From positions 72,284,605 to 72,348,604 of the forward strand of contig NC_068983.1 in assembly GCF_001194135.2 (NCBI RefSeq): a stretch of DNA of 64,000 nt, written 5' to 3'. Positions 24,961 through 37,915 of the stretch are shown here, piece by piece. The position numbers and the translations under genes were made by a program. Under the pieces are notes generated by a model. The model was not told the origin of the DNA and searched no databases. It was given only the letters and a program-made list of their open reading frames with translations. This DNA comes from Octopus bimaculoides. Lineage: Eukaryota. How positions within the stretch are numbered: position 1 is the first letter of the stretch; the number at the start of each line of letters is the position of its first letter.

Positions 24961-27900
24961 AGTTCTGCAAGAAAGAGCCCACATCTTGTACAAAACACTT
25001 TCAATTCAATAGAATAGCTCAAATAGGACAATCTTCACATACAACACACACTCTATACAATAAGCACGTAATAATCTAAATCAACACAACTTGCACAATG
25101 TACCATATGCAAAATTAAGCACCAAATAAAATAGCATAATACACACTACACACAACAAAACGAACTCTAAGCCCCATAGCAAAACAAACTAATGCAGTAC
25201 ACCAACAGGAGGAATCCACACTTCCTTAATCCCTACAAAAATAAGAACACAATGCTGCACACACCTAAGAAACATGGAGGTACAGCAAGTGGTGGAGTAG
25301 AAAGTCACATGAAACTACCAAAGAAAAAAAAATAATACTTATAATCAAAACGACTATAAATAAATTCATTAAATATGCAGAATCCCTTTTGTTTGTGAAA
25401 GCTTTCAGATTTACTTGATTATAGTTTCTTTTATTTAGAGAAAGAAAAAGATCAGCCAACAAATTGTCAATCCTAAAATGTAATATATGATATTAGAATT
25501 AGGATTTTTTTTTTTTCAACCATGAAACAATCTAAAAATAATTTTATAGTATAAATTTTTTGTTCCTCCTAATATTTTGGGCAATTTTCTGAACAGTTTT
25601 ACATTAAGGGGTTGGAAATCTATAAAAGAAAAGGGAGGAGAGAATTTATTGATTTATCGTTGTTTATTTACAAAGCCTGGGTTGCCTATTGATCCACAGA
25701 AGCAATTGTTCTTCTCAGGTTATGTTAAAGACCAAAGTAATACTTATGCTAATAGTCCATAAGTAAAAACATTTTTTCTGCACAACCAATCTATCAAGTT
25801 ATTTGTAACAATGGTTTCTCTTACAGCCCAGGCTCTTACTGCCCAACATTCATTTCATTATTAATTGATAGTAAGAACACAGCATTTCGTTTTACAACCA
25901 TGGTATGCTACCAAGTATATTAAAGGTTTTATAAGTCAATATTGTGTCTTACCTTTTGTGTCAGCAGTGCAATATTCTCATTTTTAAGTTTGCCTCCATA
26001 AATTTTCTATAGAATTCAGAGCCAACACTCTCATAACTTACAGTAGTTCTGAATTCTATAAAAAATCCTTTCATTATATATTATTACACTTTTTCATAAG
26101 CATAATAAACATATCATTTTTAGAATTAGAGATTTTTAGTAGTATATGTTACCAGACCAAACTTTTATTTCTGTTGCTACTCATCTTAGTTTAGTAAGTA
26201 AGGGTTCTTGCCTTCAATCCTTAAACATAATAATCCTTTGAGTAACCCTTACCAATCATTACTATAGCACTTCAGTTATTTACCTGATATTATCAAGCCT
26301 TTAATCACTGGTTTATTATGCTGAAGTACAGTGTTAATCTTTGTAGGGGCAGGTCGTCATGGTCTACTGAACCTTTATCAGTTTATTGCAGGCAAAAAAG
26401 ACAGACAGCCAAGTGACTAAGGTAGTGGACATCTAACCAAGAGATCAATGATTTGTATCCTGTCATCTTCACTACACTGTATCTACTGTCAGGACACTTA
26501 TCTTCCAAATACTTGTAAATGAGTATTTCTAGGAAACAATCCACCACCTAAAGCAGGAGAGCAATGTAGACCGTTAAATGAGTCATCAGCCAGGAGAAGG
26601 CAATGAGAAATTACTCCAGCATAAACTTCCCTAAAACCACAACTTGAAGATGAAGTCTTCAACCCAAAGGCTTACAAGACACTTGGTGATATTATTATCA
26701 CTTTGCAAGTATAAAATGTATTCATAACTTCAGCAAAAGTTGAACTTGAGAAGCAGAGAGATCTTACTAGATCCAATGTAGCATACAGTCTGTTCTGCAC
26801 TCTAGTTACCTTTAGTTATTATCATTAACCTTCATTTATTGCAACAATGATTCTCATATATAAATGTTCTTAAAGAAGTATTATGCAAGATTCAGTTACA
26901 AATACTATTCTTCAATTATTAACATTTTCTTACTGCTTGTCAATAATTAACATCTTTGAGTCATTAATTTTTTTTATAATAACTGACATCTGTGCCAATG
27001 AAGGTAACAGTACTGTCATTGTCAGAAGTGAAGTCAGATACTTGACAACAGCCCACTGGCAATAGCAGTTTAGAATTTATGTTATCTTTAAATACATAAG
27101 TGAGCTGTCTCCAAAAACCTCTAAGGCTTATTAAACTGGTGATTAGTGCTACACTGAGAAGTATTAAGTAGTCAAGAAGTGAATCTTTTGTATGCAAGGT
27201 TATATTCCTAGAGGATCTTATGCTTATTTCTCACAAATAAGGAAATTAAAATATGCAAAATTAAATGTCCTTGGACAGTATTAAACAACAGCAGCATAAT
27301 TAACCCAAGACACAAGCTGATAGTCAATACATTTTGCATTCTTCTCTAATTAAGGGCTAAAAAAATTAACTGTTATAAAAAACAGGATTAGATAAATCAC
27401 AAAATATAAACACTACAACATACCTTAGAAACAGGACACCTAGCTAATGACTTTATAGTATGAAGTTTGTATGCTAACAGGTTAATTTAGCCTTGTTTCA
27501 AAAATTCATTTAGATACTTATTAATGAATGATAGATGCCATTTCTAGAGTCTGCTTCATCTAAAAAAAAAAAGGATTCAGCCTCCTCACAATTTGAAGTT
27601 CATGTAAATACAGAAAAGCCTATACACTGCTATAAGAATATTAGGCAGTAAACAGCATTTATATATTTTGGGCTGATTAATATAAATGACCTTTCTGGTA
27701 CTGCTTGATAAGAAGTAAAACAGAGAAGCTTAAAGTAGTGGCTAGCCCCTAAACTCATTTGACCATTACCTATGGTGCATCTTAGGTATATCATCTTTCT
27801 CTAAACTACACTTACAATAAGAGTTATAAGCCACTTGTCAATCTGATGCAGTTTGCCAGTAATTTCATTTATAGTTTTTACTATGTTTTCAATATTTTCT

Positions 27901-28139
27901 ATTCAGTTTACATGGTCGTTATTTCACATAAAGTACATGAGAATTTTTAATGTCATTCATATTATTTTATGCATATTCAGAATTTTTGAAAGAGTAAATG
28001 AAATGGATAAGAACATCTGAAACTCTTATAAAATTATAAAAAGAAATTGGTCAACATTTTAACATTAAGAATTGTTTGGCAAGAACACTCTTAGGTTAGG
28101 ATAAAGATTTCATTCATAAAAATGTTCTTTAAAAGATGA

Positions 28140-28253
28140 GGCCCAGGGGTGGCTGTGTGGTAAGTAGCTTGCTTACCAACCACATGGTTCTGGGTTCAGA
28201 GTGGATTTGGTAGACGGAAACTGAAAGAAGCTCGCCGTATATATGTATATATG

Positions 28254-28284
<31 letters not shown>

Positions 28285-28503
28285 TTGTGTGTCTGTGTTT
28301 GTCCCCCCACCATCGCTTGACAACCGATGCTGGTGTGTTTACATCCCCGTAACTTAGCGGTTCGGCAAAAGAGACCGATAGAATAAGTACTAGGCTTACA
28401 AAGAATAAGTCCCGGAGTCGATTTGCTCGACTAAAGGTGGTGCTCCAGCATGGCCGCAGTCAAATGACTGAAACAAGTAAAAGAGTAAAGAGCAAAAGAG
28501 AGT
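28140..28503 (+). mobile_element. tRNA-derived SINE with internal microsatellite and a deletion of roughly 65 bp in the head
   Basis: gtggctgtgtggtaagtagcttgcttaccaaccacatggttctgggttcag|agtggatttgg…ggtgctccagcatggccgcagtcaaatgactgaaacaagtaaaagag; the other copies carry extra sequence at the junction. Confidence 0.88.
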
Positions 28504-28989
28504 ATTAAAAATTACCTGGGCTCAACATTACATTTTGGCCTTAATGTATTTTCTGAACTTTGTTGCTGTTTTGTCTTTGGTCAGCTTTGATCAAGAAACC
28601 TATGCTGAAAATTGTTCCAGCATTGAGCCACACATTGTTTTTTATCTCAGTTACAGTGTATCTAAAACTACATAACTTAATATGTTCCCTCATCATTTTA
28701 AAGATAGCAGGGTGTGATTTTAGGAAGATTTGATTGTTATTTCTAGCAGGTTAAATGACCATGTAGAAACTTTCTCATTTGCCTGAACATGTTCAAATGT
28801 CATTGGTAATTCCTGAATATTATTAGACCTTCAGAGGCACCCAACATTGCCCAGGAATGAAATTATTCCTTATATATTAGAAGAAAAAAAAGCAAAATTT
28901 GTCATATAGAAATTTGTTACTCTAAATTCAATTTATTCTTCAATTGGGAAATCTATTCTGAATTCATAATACAAAAATAATAAAAATAA

Positions 28990-29243
28990 TCTATTATAAT
29001 AACGAGCTTGTTTGTAAGTTTGTCCATAATCATGCAATGAGAAAGTAGCAGTGTAAGTAAGAGTAAAAAAAGAGAAGGGACAAAATGGTAATAACAATGA
29101 GAGAAGGAGTGGTATCAAACACCGCCTCTCACTCTCTCTCTCTCAACAAAAGCCTTTTCACCTTATTGATGAATGCTACCTCTCTCTCTATCTATCTACA
29201 GACGCACACACACGCACACACACACACACACGCACACACACAC

Positions 29244-29275
<32 letters not shown>

Positions 29276-29303
29276 TNNNNNNNNNNCACGCACACACACA
29301 CAC

Positions 29304-29335
<32 letters not shown>

Positions 29336-30119
29336 TCTCTCTCTCTTTTTCACTCACTCACTCTCTCTCATTCTCTTTCTTTTTCATTCACACACTCTCT
29401 CTCTCTCTCTCTGTCTCTCTCTCAACAACATTTTCATTCGAATATAAGATAAGTAAATAAGTAGTAAACTTTAAGACATAGAATTAAAATATCGTCTATT
29501 GAAAGAAAGCTTGATAATATTGTCTGTTTAAAGAAGGTAATTATAAATGTTTGTAAATATTTATGAATGAAGAATTTTGCTAAGGCGGTGAAGTTTGTCT
29601 TCAAGATCTTTTTCTATTTCAGGCAGTAAAGAGAGTGAGAGAGACAGAGATAGAGAACATGTAGACGTTGCTGTAAAAACAAATAAATCTCTGTGTGTAT
29701 GCTGTTAATGTAATCCTGTGTAATTTGGGACTTTGTATGGTTACGCATAGAAATATAAATGAACTAACGTACACACACACACAAATATACTCATTTGTTT
29801 TAAAGTTTGTGTTCCGTTGTAATAAATATACTCATCATCCACCTGCTATGGAGAATGAATCAGATAGAAGGCGACGGTCAGCCAGGGAGAGACAAAGGTG
29901 AAGAATCAAAGGAGAGAGAACATTGAGGAGAAGAATGGAAGAATAATGGTTAATACTGAAACGGACCATCCAAATCAAGGTGAACTCATTGCTGGTAGGG
30001 TTTTCACTAGAAATGTGGTGTTGAAGCAATTACTGAGATAAAGGTTGTAATGTTTTTATTTAAATCTTATTTTCCATATCATTTTCATGCCGTCATTTCT
30101 GACAGCACAGGTACACTAG
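28990..30119 (+). mobile_element. Non-autonomous Helitron with both termini
   Basis: A|TCTATTATAATAACGAG 5' end at 28989/28990; 3' hairpin GCCGTCA-tttc-TGACAGC 30089-30106, then CTAG 30116-30119 followed by T (A|T target, no TSD). Confidence 0.8.
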
Positions 30120-30165
30120 TAATAATAATAAACAAAAAAATTTTTGTCTCTCTTGCTATGTCTCT

Positions 30166-31100
30166 TCAAGTTAAATCATTAATTTGACGGTTTGTTTTTG
30201 GCAGCACAGAGCTAGATTCAAGCAAATTTTTGCCTCTCATGACCAAAACTTGATCCTTAGTTTCAATCAGTGTTTGGTTAAAAATTGTTTCAGAGAACTG
30301 AATATTGATATCTGGGTTTGCCTGTTGAACTGCATACTTTAAGCCCTCAACCATGTCCTCATGATGTTTCAGCCAAAGCTGTAGGAGACTGCCAAGTTGA
30401 CACATGTTCAGTATAATTGCAAAAAGGTTACGGAGTCTCCTTGGAAAATCTGATAGTGATGCTTCAGTAAATGGAAGGTCCCAATGCTCATCATTTTCTA
30501 AAAAAAAACCTTGTTGATAGCATGCTTCCCTATAAGTTTCACACACACATGACTATTTACACTCCTCAAATCTTGGAATGATTTGGGACCACGTACTTCA
30601 TGCAAAAGGAACTGTAAGTAGTAGCATTCTGCTTGGCTTGGGGGTATACTGTAAACTCTTGCAAGATCATCAGCCCTACGTTTCCTCTTGTGCCATTTAT
30701 TGTTTCTCCAGGTGTAATACTTGGGTAATTGTGGGTAAAAGAATTTTCTTGCATCTTCATCTACTTGACACAACATAAAAAAGGCAGTAATGGTAATTTC
30801 TTTTTGAGAAAGTGTTTGTTGCAAGGCTGTTTGTTTTGTAAAGATAACCCTGTGGCCATTCTCGAGATGGACACTCAGATGAATGATGACTGGGTGCCTC
30901 TCACTAATGGGAAAATTAAAGTTGTGCCAAAAAGCCGCATCTTTCTCTGTCATACTGTGCAACTTTGTCATTTTTATTTATCTGCTGACTGCCATTCTGC
31001 ATAAGAGTGTATGTTGTAGCATCTAAACCTTTGTTTATATATTTGCAAACATACTTAATCGAGTTAACAGAGTTGCAGAATTCAATATTGACTCTAGCTA
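30166..31100 (-). mobile_element. Helitron RepHel pseudogene fragment (Rep motif 3 and Rep-helicase linker)
   Basis: VNIEFCNSVNSIKYVCKYINKGLD (Y-x3-Y catalytic tyrosines, about 31020-31095); FPISERHPVIIHLSVHLENG; ECYYLQFLLHEVRGPKSFQDLRSV; TYREAC…LENDEHWD…LRNLFAIIL; frameshifted. Confidence 0.92.
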
Positions 31101-31486
31101 CCTGTACTTGTTTTTGCTTCTCTGTAGAATACTAATCATCTACATCTACCCCAACTCCTCTTGCAGAGTGTGAGAACATTGTTCTCGGAAACTTTTGTGA
31201 AAATTAAAATGGGGATTAAATGAAAAAATGAGTTACGTGAATATCTTCACAAAAGTGATTGGAATAAATGGCAAATGTGGAATGCCCCATGCATGCACAC
31301 ACATGCATGCACACATACACACGCACACAGTATCGAACATCAGATGAAATGGATGTGAGAGAGAGAGAGAAAAGGTGTGTTGTCATGTATATGTAACATA
31401 CATAAATATACATACATCTTTTTTGTAAGTATATGTGCATGAAAGAGAGAGTGAGTGAATGCCACTTATACATCACTCTCTGTCTT

Positions 31487-31517
<31 letters not shown>

Positions 31518-31592
31518 TACAAACACATACAAAAAAGATGTATACATATGTATTTATGTATGTACGTATACATGACAACAGTCCTTAACTGA

Positions 31593-31648
<56 letters not shown>

Positions 31649-31859
31649 TAAATAAATGTATACAAACGTACATACAAAAGCACACGTGTGCGTGTGTGTG
31701 TGTGTATGTGTGTGCGTGGGAGAGAAAGAGAGGGAGAGAGAACATTGCAAACAATGAATGAAGTAAACATGAAATGAAAAGATTGTATAAATAAAAGCTC
31801 GTGAACTTAGTAAATATTTCTTTCAGTAATTTATTGTAGTTGCTTGCAAATAGCAAATT

Positions 31860-32172
31860 AAAACTTGAAATGAAAACATTAAAATTGAGAGTGAGAGACT
31901 CTGCAAATGAAAACAGAAAATTTCGCCATTGCTACATCAATACCAGAAGTTGACATTGCGAAACTTTTTTTAAAAAGTGAACCATATATATAAAGTAATA
32001 TTATTTATTTTTAATAAAAAAATAAACTGAAGACCCTATTATGTATTCAAGGTCAAATTATTCATGCATCCCAAGTATGGAAGTAATTTGTACAGCCATT
32101 TTCGCGTGAAAAGCAAATACACACACACACACACAGGTATATTTTGTTTAAGAAGATTATTCTTGTAATAGA
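31860..32172 (-). mobile_element. Probable 5' end of the minus-strand Helitron
   Basis: Minus strand TCTATTACAAG…(tg)n tatttgcttttcacgcgaaaatggctg, a layout typical of Helitron 5' ends; preceded by T rather than the canonical A. Confidence 0.5.
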
Positions 32173-33468
32173 AAAATATTAGAATTGAATCACTCAACTG
32201 TTTGCTCCACAGAAGTTGTCACTTTCTGTGCTATTAACAGTGAATCTGATGTTATTCAGGAACATTTTAAGTAGGTATTTTAGTGATAAAATCATGTGTA
32301 GTGCATCATTCTTACCAGCTGGACAATATGTCAGCAGTTTATGATTTGCTATCTGATATGCATTCTCTTCATATCTAAGACTCATTACTTTCAGTAGACA
32401 AGTTCACCTAGGTAGATTTAAGTAGATTCTTCACTCATTATATTTTCTCACTGTGAAAAGCACCAATACTATAGTTCATTGGTTTACAAAGCTGAGTTTA
32501 TTTCTTCTTATGAGAAAAGCTGTTTATAGAAGCCTGACATCCTAACTAGGGAGATATTTATATCTCATCTACTTAACACTTTACTCAAATTGAATATTGG
32601 TTACATGGATCTATTTATTTATTTATTTTTTTTTCATCCAAAGGCAATTAACATCCATTTCAGGTGAAATTCAGTGAGAAAATTTCCATATTTAATGCAT
32701 ATGAGGGGGAAATAAGGAAAAAAATTCAGGGAAAAAAAAGGTTCTTTTATGCATGTTAAATGATTAATTAGAAACAAGTAATTTTTTTGAGCAATCAAAG
32801 AAAAGCATGGAACAAAATAAAACAAAATTGATCAAACTACAAACATTTTATACACAGCACAAAATAGATGCTGTAAAATGAAAATTATATAGCTTCGCTT
32901 ATAGCATAGAAATTTCATTCTGTAAGCAGAAGCATTAATATTAAAATATTGCTAATTTGTGCAGTGAATCTTAAAAAGACGTAAAAACAACATAACTCTT
33001 TCAATAAGAATCCAACAATACAAACCAATTTATCTGAAACCTATTTAAGCATTCAGGTTCTAGATAAAAATTAAAACTGAACTTCTAATATATAAATCTT
33101 AGTTTAATAAAACTGAAACAGTTTTAATTTAGGTTAGTAACCCAGCTTTCATAATTCTCATACTCAACATGTAACTAAATTCTTATACAGTGTCTAACTG
33201 TTTCAATTAATTTAACCTTAGAAGTCATAGAAATTTAGAAACTACTGAAGTTAACAAAAATAATTTCAGGGGATAGACCCTAGTACAGTTATGGTTATGT
33301 AGTTAAGAAGTTAACTTCACAATCATGCAGTTTCAGGTTCAATTTCACAATGCAATAGCTTGACCACTTTGGGCTTAGGTCAACCAAAGCCTTTGAGAGG
33401 TTCTGGGAGATGGAAATTGAAAGTAACCTGTCATTTTGTTGCCAGTATATGACAATGTGTATCCCCAT

Positions 33469-33746
33469 TTGTTGTTGGCACTCCGTCGGTTACAACATCG
33501 AAGGTTCAAGCTCATCTGATCAATGGGACAGCCTGCTCGTGAAATTAATGTGCAAGTGGCTGAGCACTCCACAGACACATGTACCCTTAACGTAGTTCTC
33601 GAGGATATTCAGCGTGACACAGTGACAAGGCTGACCCTTTGAATTACAGGCACAACAGAAACAGGAAGTAAGAGTGAGAGAAAGTTGTGGTGGAAAAGTA
33701 CAGCAGGGTTCGCCACCATCCCCTGCCGGAGCCTCGCGGTGTTTAG
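33469..33746 (-). mobile_element. 5'-truncated copy of the 10913-11300 SINE family with 12-bp TSD, inserted into an older SINE
   Basis: TSD gtgtatccccat at 33457-33468 and 33747-33758; tRNA head absent; a decayed SINE head lies at about 33290-33450. Confidence 0.88.
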
Positions 33747-34216
33747 GTGTATCCCCATATACACAAAACAATGATGATGAAGGCAATGGCAGGGACAGCA
33801 ACACCTATGCCATTGATGAGGAAACCCCTATTCAAAAGAAACTAGTTTCTCTATGGACTATGGAATGGGAGAAAAAAAATTAAAGAAATATTACGGGCAA
33901 CTAAGCAGACTTTTTTTTAAATAGAATCTGCTTTAAAAAATAGTCTCTACATAAGAAGACTTTGAAATAGGAATATATGTCTCAATATATTTTGTTAATA
34001 TTTTACATGAATTTTCCTTGATAGCTTGGGCCCTATCTTTTTCTTTGAAGCATGAAAATAGTTGCAAGGAAGTCATGCAGAGATAAGTGCATTCCCAAGG
34101 GAACTGACTTTATTGCTTCAGAATCATGTTTCATTATTATGCACACACATTAATACATGTACATGAGCCCACAAACTTCATAGAAAAATAAAAAAAGAAA
34201 GAAAAGAAGTCCCTAC

Positions 34217-34345
34217 CTTGCTGTTACGGTCATTGATAAGTTCAATTGACCAACGACCTTCATGTTTTATCCACACAAAAATGATACCATGTGCATCACA
34301 AGTAGCCAATTTTTGATATGGCTCATTCCATCTTACAAGAACAAC
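34217..34345 (-). CDS. TULP4: TULP4 internal coding exon, 129 nt / 43 codons
   Basis: Translates as VVLVRWNEPYQKLATCDAHGIIFVWIKHEGRWSIELINDRNSK, near-identical to human VVLVRWNEPYQKLATCD. Acceptor tgcag|GTT at 34346/34345, donor AAG|gtaggg at 34217/34216. Splices in frame to the 53-217 exon. Confidence 0.97.
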
Positions 34346-34674
34346 CTGCAAAAACAAAATGTTCAATATGAAATCTCCAATATAACAGTTTCATTTTGAA
34401 TAAATGTATATTTAGCAGTATCAAAGGTAAAGTTCAATCAAAATACAGTTGTGTTAATGTTGCTGCATAACTTTTCTAGCAATAGTTACATTGACGCATA
34501 CATCAATTTTACATTATCCTGCTTTTACATAAATTTCTGCAACTTAAGGTTTAGACTCCTTCAAACTCTAAATTCATTAGTTGGGCAATACAGATTTGTG
34601 AACTTGCTTCTTCATTTTCTTCTTCTTCTTATTATTATTATTAATAATAATAATAATAATGATAATAATAATAA

Positions 34675-35190
34675 GGGTTAATAAACCGGACATTATTATA
34701 AAAGATCAGACAAAAAAGGTGTGTTTATTAATTGACATGAGTATTCCTTGCAATCACAATGTAGCAGCGAAAGAATTTGACAAGATCAGTAAATATAAAG
34801 ACTTGCTAATAGAAATTGAAAAAATGTGGCATCTCATAGCAACTACCGTACCAGTGATTGTAGGATCTTTAGGAATGATAAAAAAGGTACTGAAACCTAT
34901 TTGAAAATGATACCAGGCTTACCATGCCTACAAGAAGTGCAAAAAATCATGTTAACTGGAATGACTCATGTACTGAGAAGAGCATTATCGCTGTGAAAAC
35001 AACATCCATTCACAAATTTATTTATTTATTAGTTTTTTTTAAAATACACATTTTACCTGTGAATTTGCATGTGTAAACTGGGAATGCATACAATGAGCTT
35101 CTCTGCCCTAGGTGTACGGAAAACACTCGGCGAGAAATGGAAGAAAATTTGAAGAAAGAAAAAGAAAAAACAACAATAATAATAATAATG
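34675..35190 (+). mobile_element. Young 5'-truncated Dong/R4 element (RLE domain and 3' UTR) in a (TAA)n tract
   Basis: RVNKPDIIIKDQTKKVCLLIDMSIPCNHNVAAKEFDKISKYKDLLIEIEKMW…VIVGSLG (PD-D…KxxKY); one frameshift in an A-run, then TETYLKMIPGLPCLQEVQKIMLTG…LRRALSL* (stop 34994-34996); (TAA)n on both sides. Confidence 0.88.
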
Positions 35191-35509
35191 TCCAATACAA
35201 TAATGTTTAATAATGGTGTTAATGAGGCTGAGACCAACAGTGAAAGTCTTTCACTCAGCAGGTGCCTTGTGGTTGAGTAGCACAAGCTTGGTCATCATCC
35301 AGAGACTGCTCATACTCCAAGTCAGAGGTAGAGAAAAAGGTGGGACAAGATGGTAAAGTGAACTGTAATTAAGTGCTGAATCAGAAGTGAACCCAGGAGA
35401 AGGGGCTTCCAAAAATGCATAAAATCAAAATGGGATGGAATAGGATTTGACAAAATCACCACTTATAGTGTAAATGAATGCATTTGACTTGCCCAAAACC
35501 AATATAAGT

Positions 35510-35995
35510 TGTGGTGACATATTGCATTGGAAACTGTGTGAGAAGTGGGGGTTAGAGAGACACAAGACATGGTAAGGATATAAACCACAGAGAGTGGTGG
35601 TGTTAGAGACCTGTAACATCCTGTGAGATTTCCCAATCCAAATGGACCAGGTGCTTGAGCACAACAAGCTGGACTTAGTGGTGGTGGACAAGGTGAACCA
35701 CATGTGCTCTATAATTGGTGTTCTGTGCCCCTTTGATCCGCAAATAGTTAAGAAGGAAGGCAAAAATCAGATATATACAATCCTCTTAAATATGAGATAG
35801 CTTCACTATGGTAAATGAAAAAGATGAATATAGTGCCAATTATTGTTGGGGCTTTGTGGACAGTATTAGAAGGTGTTAAGAAGAATATAAAGGAAATGTG
35901 AATAGAGTGCCTAGTAGAACTGTTGTAAAAATTTTGCCTCCTTGGCACAGCTAGAATCATCTGGAAAGTATGAGATAGTTGAAGAGAACTGATAG
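35510..35995 (+). mobile_element. Older Dong/R4 RLE fragment
   Basis: LHWKLCEKWGL…NIL*DFPIQMDQVLEHNKLDLVVVDK…IVPIIVGAL…CLLGTARII. Confidence 0.8.
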
Positions 35996-37679
35996 CATGG
36001 TACTGTTGGCTGCAGGTAGCAACCAGCTACTCATGGAAGACTCCAGGAGTTCCAACAAAATCTGAGTTAAAAGAATGATAATAATAGTAGTTTTCAAGCA
36101 GGGAAACAAAATATTTGGTAAGTAATAAGGGAAACAATTTCATAAACTCTTGGAATGACCAGTACAAAAAATTGTTATATATTGAACTAGTTACACAAAA
36201 GGGGAGTTGAATTGAAGCAGCAATTTTGTTCACATCAGCAAAAATATCAATATACATAATGTCATAAAAATAATTTTTACTTTATATTTGTAAAAAAAAT
36301 ACAATTTATTTTTTAAATCTCACATTTTATATGCAACATAAAATCAAATTAAAATTAACTTTGGTAGCTTTTGTTGTTTGTATCCCAGATCAATTTTGAT
36401 CAAGCAATGCTATGATCAAAAACATTTCAGCCATGTTAGAAGGATCTAGGATTGCATTGTCTGGTATGTGCATTTTCATAAGACAGTTAGGTATGTTCCA
36501 GGGTGTTTTGGATGTGATTTGTAGTAAGTGATTAAACTAATGCCCAACATATGGAGTACAAAGGAGTATTAAAACTGTACCCATTAAATATTAAATGGGG
36601 CTTAACATTGCCTTAGATATTAGCATTCATAATTTTTTTAGTTTTTTTACTAGGTTTTCTTTCATCATATAAATTTTTAAACTTTAATTTTGAATGATAG
36701 TTTAACAAGAAAATATACATTTTGCAATATTTTACTGTCTACAAGGAACAAATCTGACTGTCTAACTGCAACACTATGAACACATCTCGAGAGTTAGTTA
36801 CTGGTAGCTTCTTATTTTTCATCTGATAACAGTTTAGTTCTATCCTATCTCCATTATTATTACCATGCTGGCACCATCAATTTTCATTACTTATGCCAGT
36901 GCATCTCTGTTGTGTGGCCCTTGACAGAATAACAGGCACAATCTTTCTTTTACAAATGGTCTTTTCAAATCTCGTTCCTGTAACTTGTGACACAAAGAAA
37001 TTTGAAGCTAAATTATAAACCACACCACATTAAATTATTCTTTCACCTGAAATCTTTTTGTTCTAAATTATGTAATTAAAAAGCACTCACAAGAGGTGTT
37101 TATCAAAATTAGATGTTGACATAGTTTGGAGAGTAATATAAAAAGTTAAATACATTGAATTAAAGCAACTAATTCAGGCTGGTCATTATAGAATCAATTA
37201 ATTCATCAAAGTTGTCAAGTTAAGCAAATAGAGGATTATTTGAAACTAAACTGAAAATGATTTAAGCAATGTAAGACATTTGTGATTTATAACATTACAA
37301 TAGTCTAAAATATATTCTCTATCTTTCAGAAATGATGAAATAAAGGAAATAAAGGAAGGTGACTAATTTTAGACTATTGCTATGCAGATCTAAACAGATT
37401 TATTTCTAAAATACAACTCAAAAAATTATCTTTCTAGATATGTATTTATTTATAAGTTCATATTTACAATTGTAAAATAAATTAATGCGCATATGTATGG
37501 GAGCTGGTTATATTTCTTTAAATTTAAAGAAAGAACTGACTAATAGTTTTGAAAAGTTAAATAATGGGATGTGTTCTGAAAAGCAAAATATGTCAGTAAT
37601 GGTTTGCAGCAATACTAATAATGCAAAACCAGACAAATGAGATGTACAATACTATCCTGACTTTATTAAGCAATAGTTT

Positions 37680-37915
37680 CAAAAATATCATTGACATAAC
37701 ATATCAATGGTACAATAAATTTTCTAATACAAAATATCAATGATATGATATGTCAATGATAGGAAACAACAGTGATACAAACACAAAATTAATGTTAGAT
37801 ATCTGTTTTAAAAATCAATGATATAAAATAAAAATCAATAATACAAAACAAAAATCAATGATGAAAAAAAATCAATCTAAAATAAATCAATGATAAATAA
37901 TTACTCAATGGTGAA
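37680..37915 (+). repeat. Degenerate minisatellite built on (aaa)TCAATGATA
   Basis: About 8-10 imperfect copies, e.g. atatcaatgata, gtcaatgata, aaaatcaatgata, aaaatcaatgatg, aaatcaatgata. Confidence 0.65.

Larger units (their letters stand above)
218..34216 (-). other. TULP4: TULP4 intron, 33,999 bp as assembled (includes N gaps), phase 0, GT-AG
   Basis: Canonical splice dinucleotides at both ends; the two exon peptides are contiguous in known TULP4 proteins (…NDRNSK|VTDFAW…). Confidence 0.92.
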
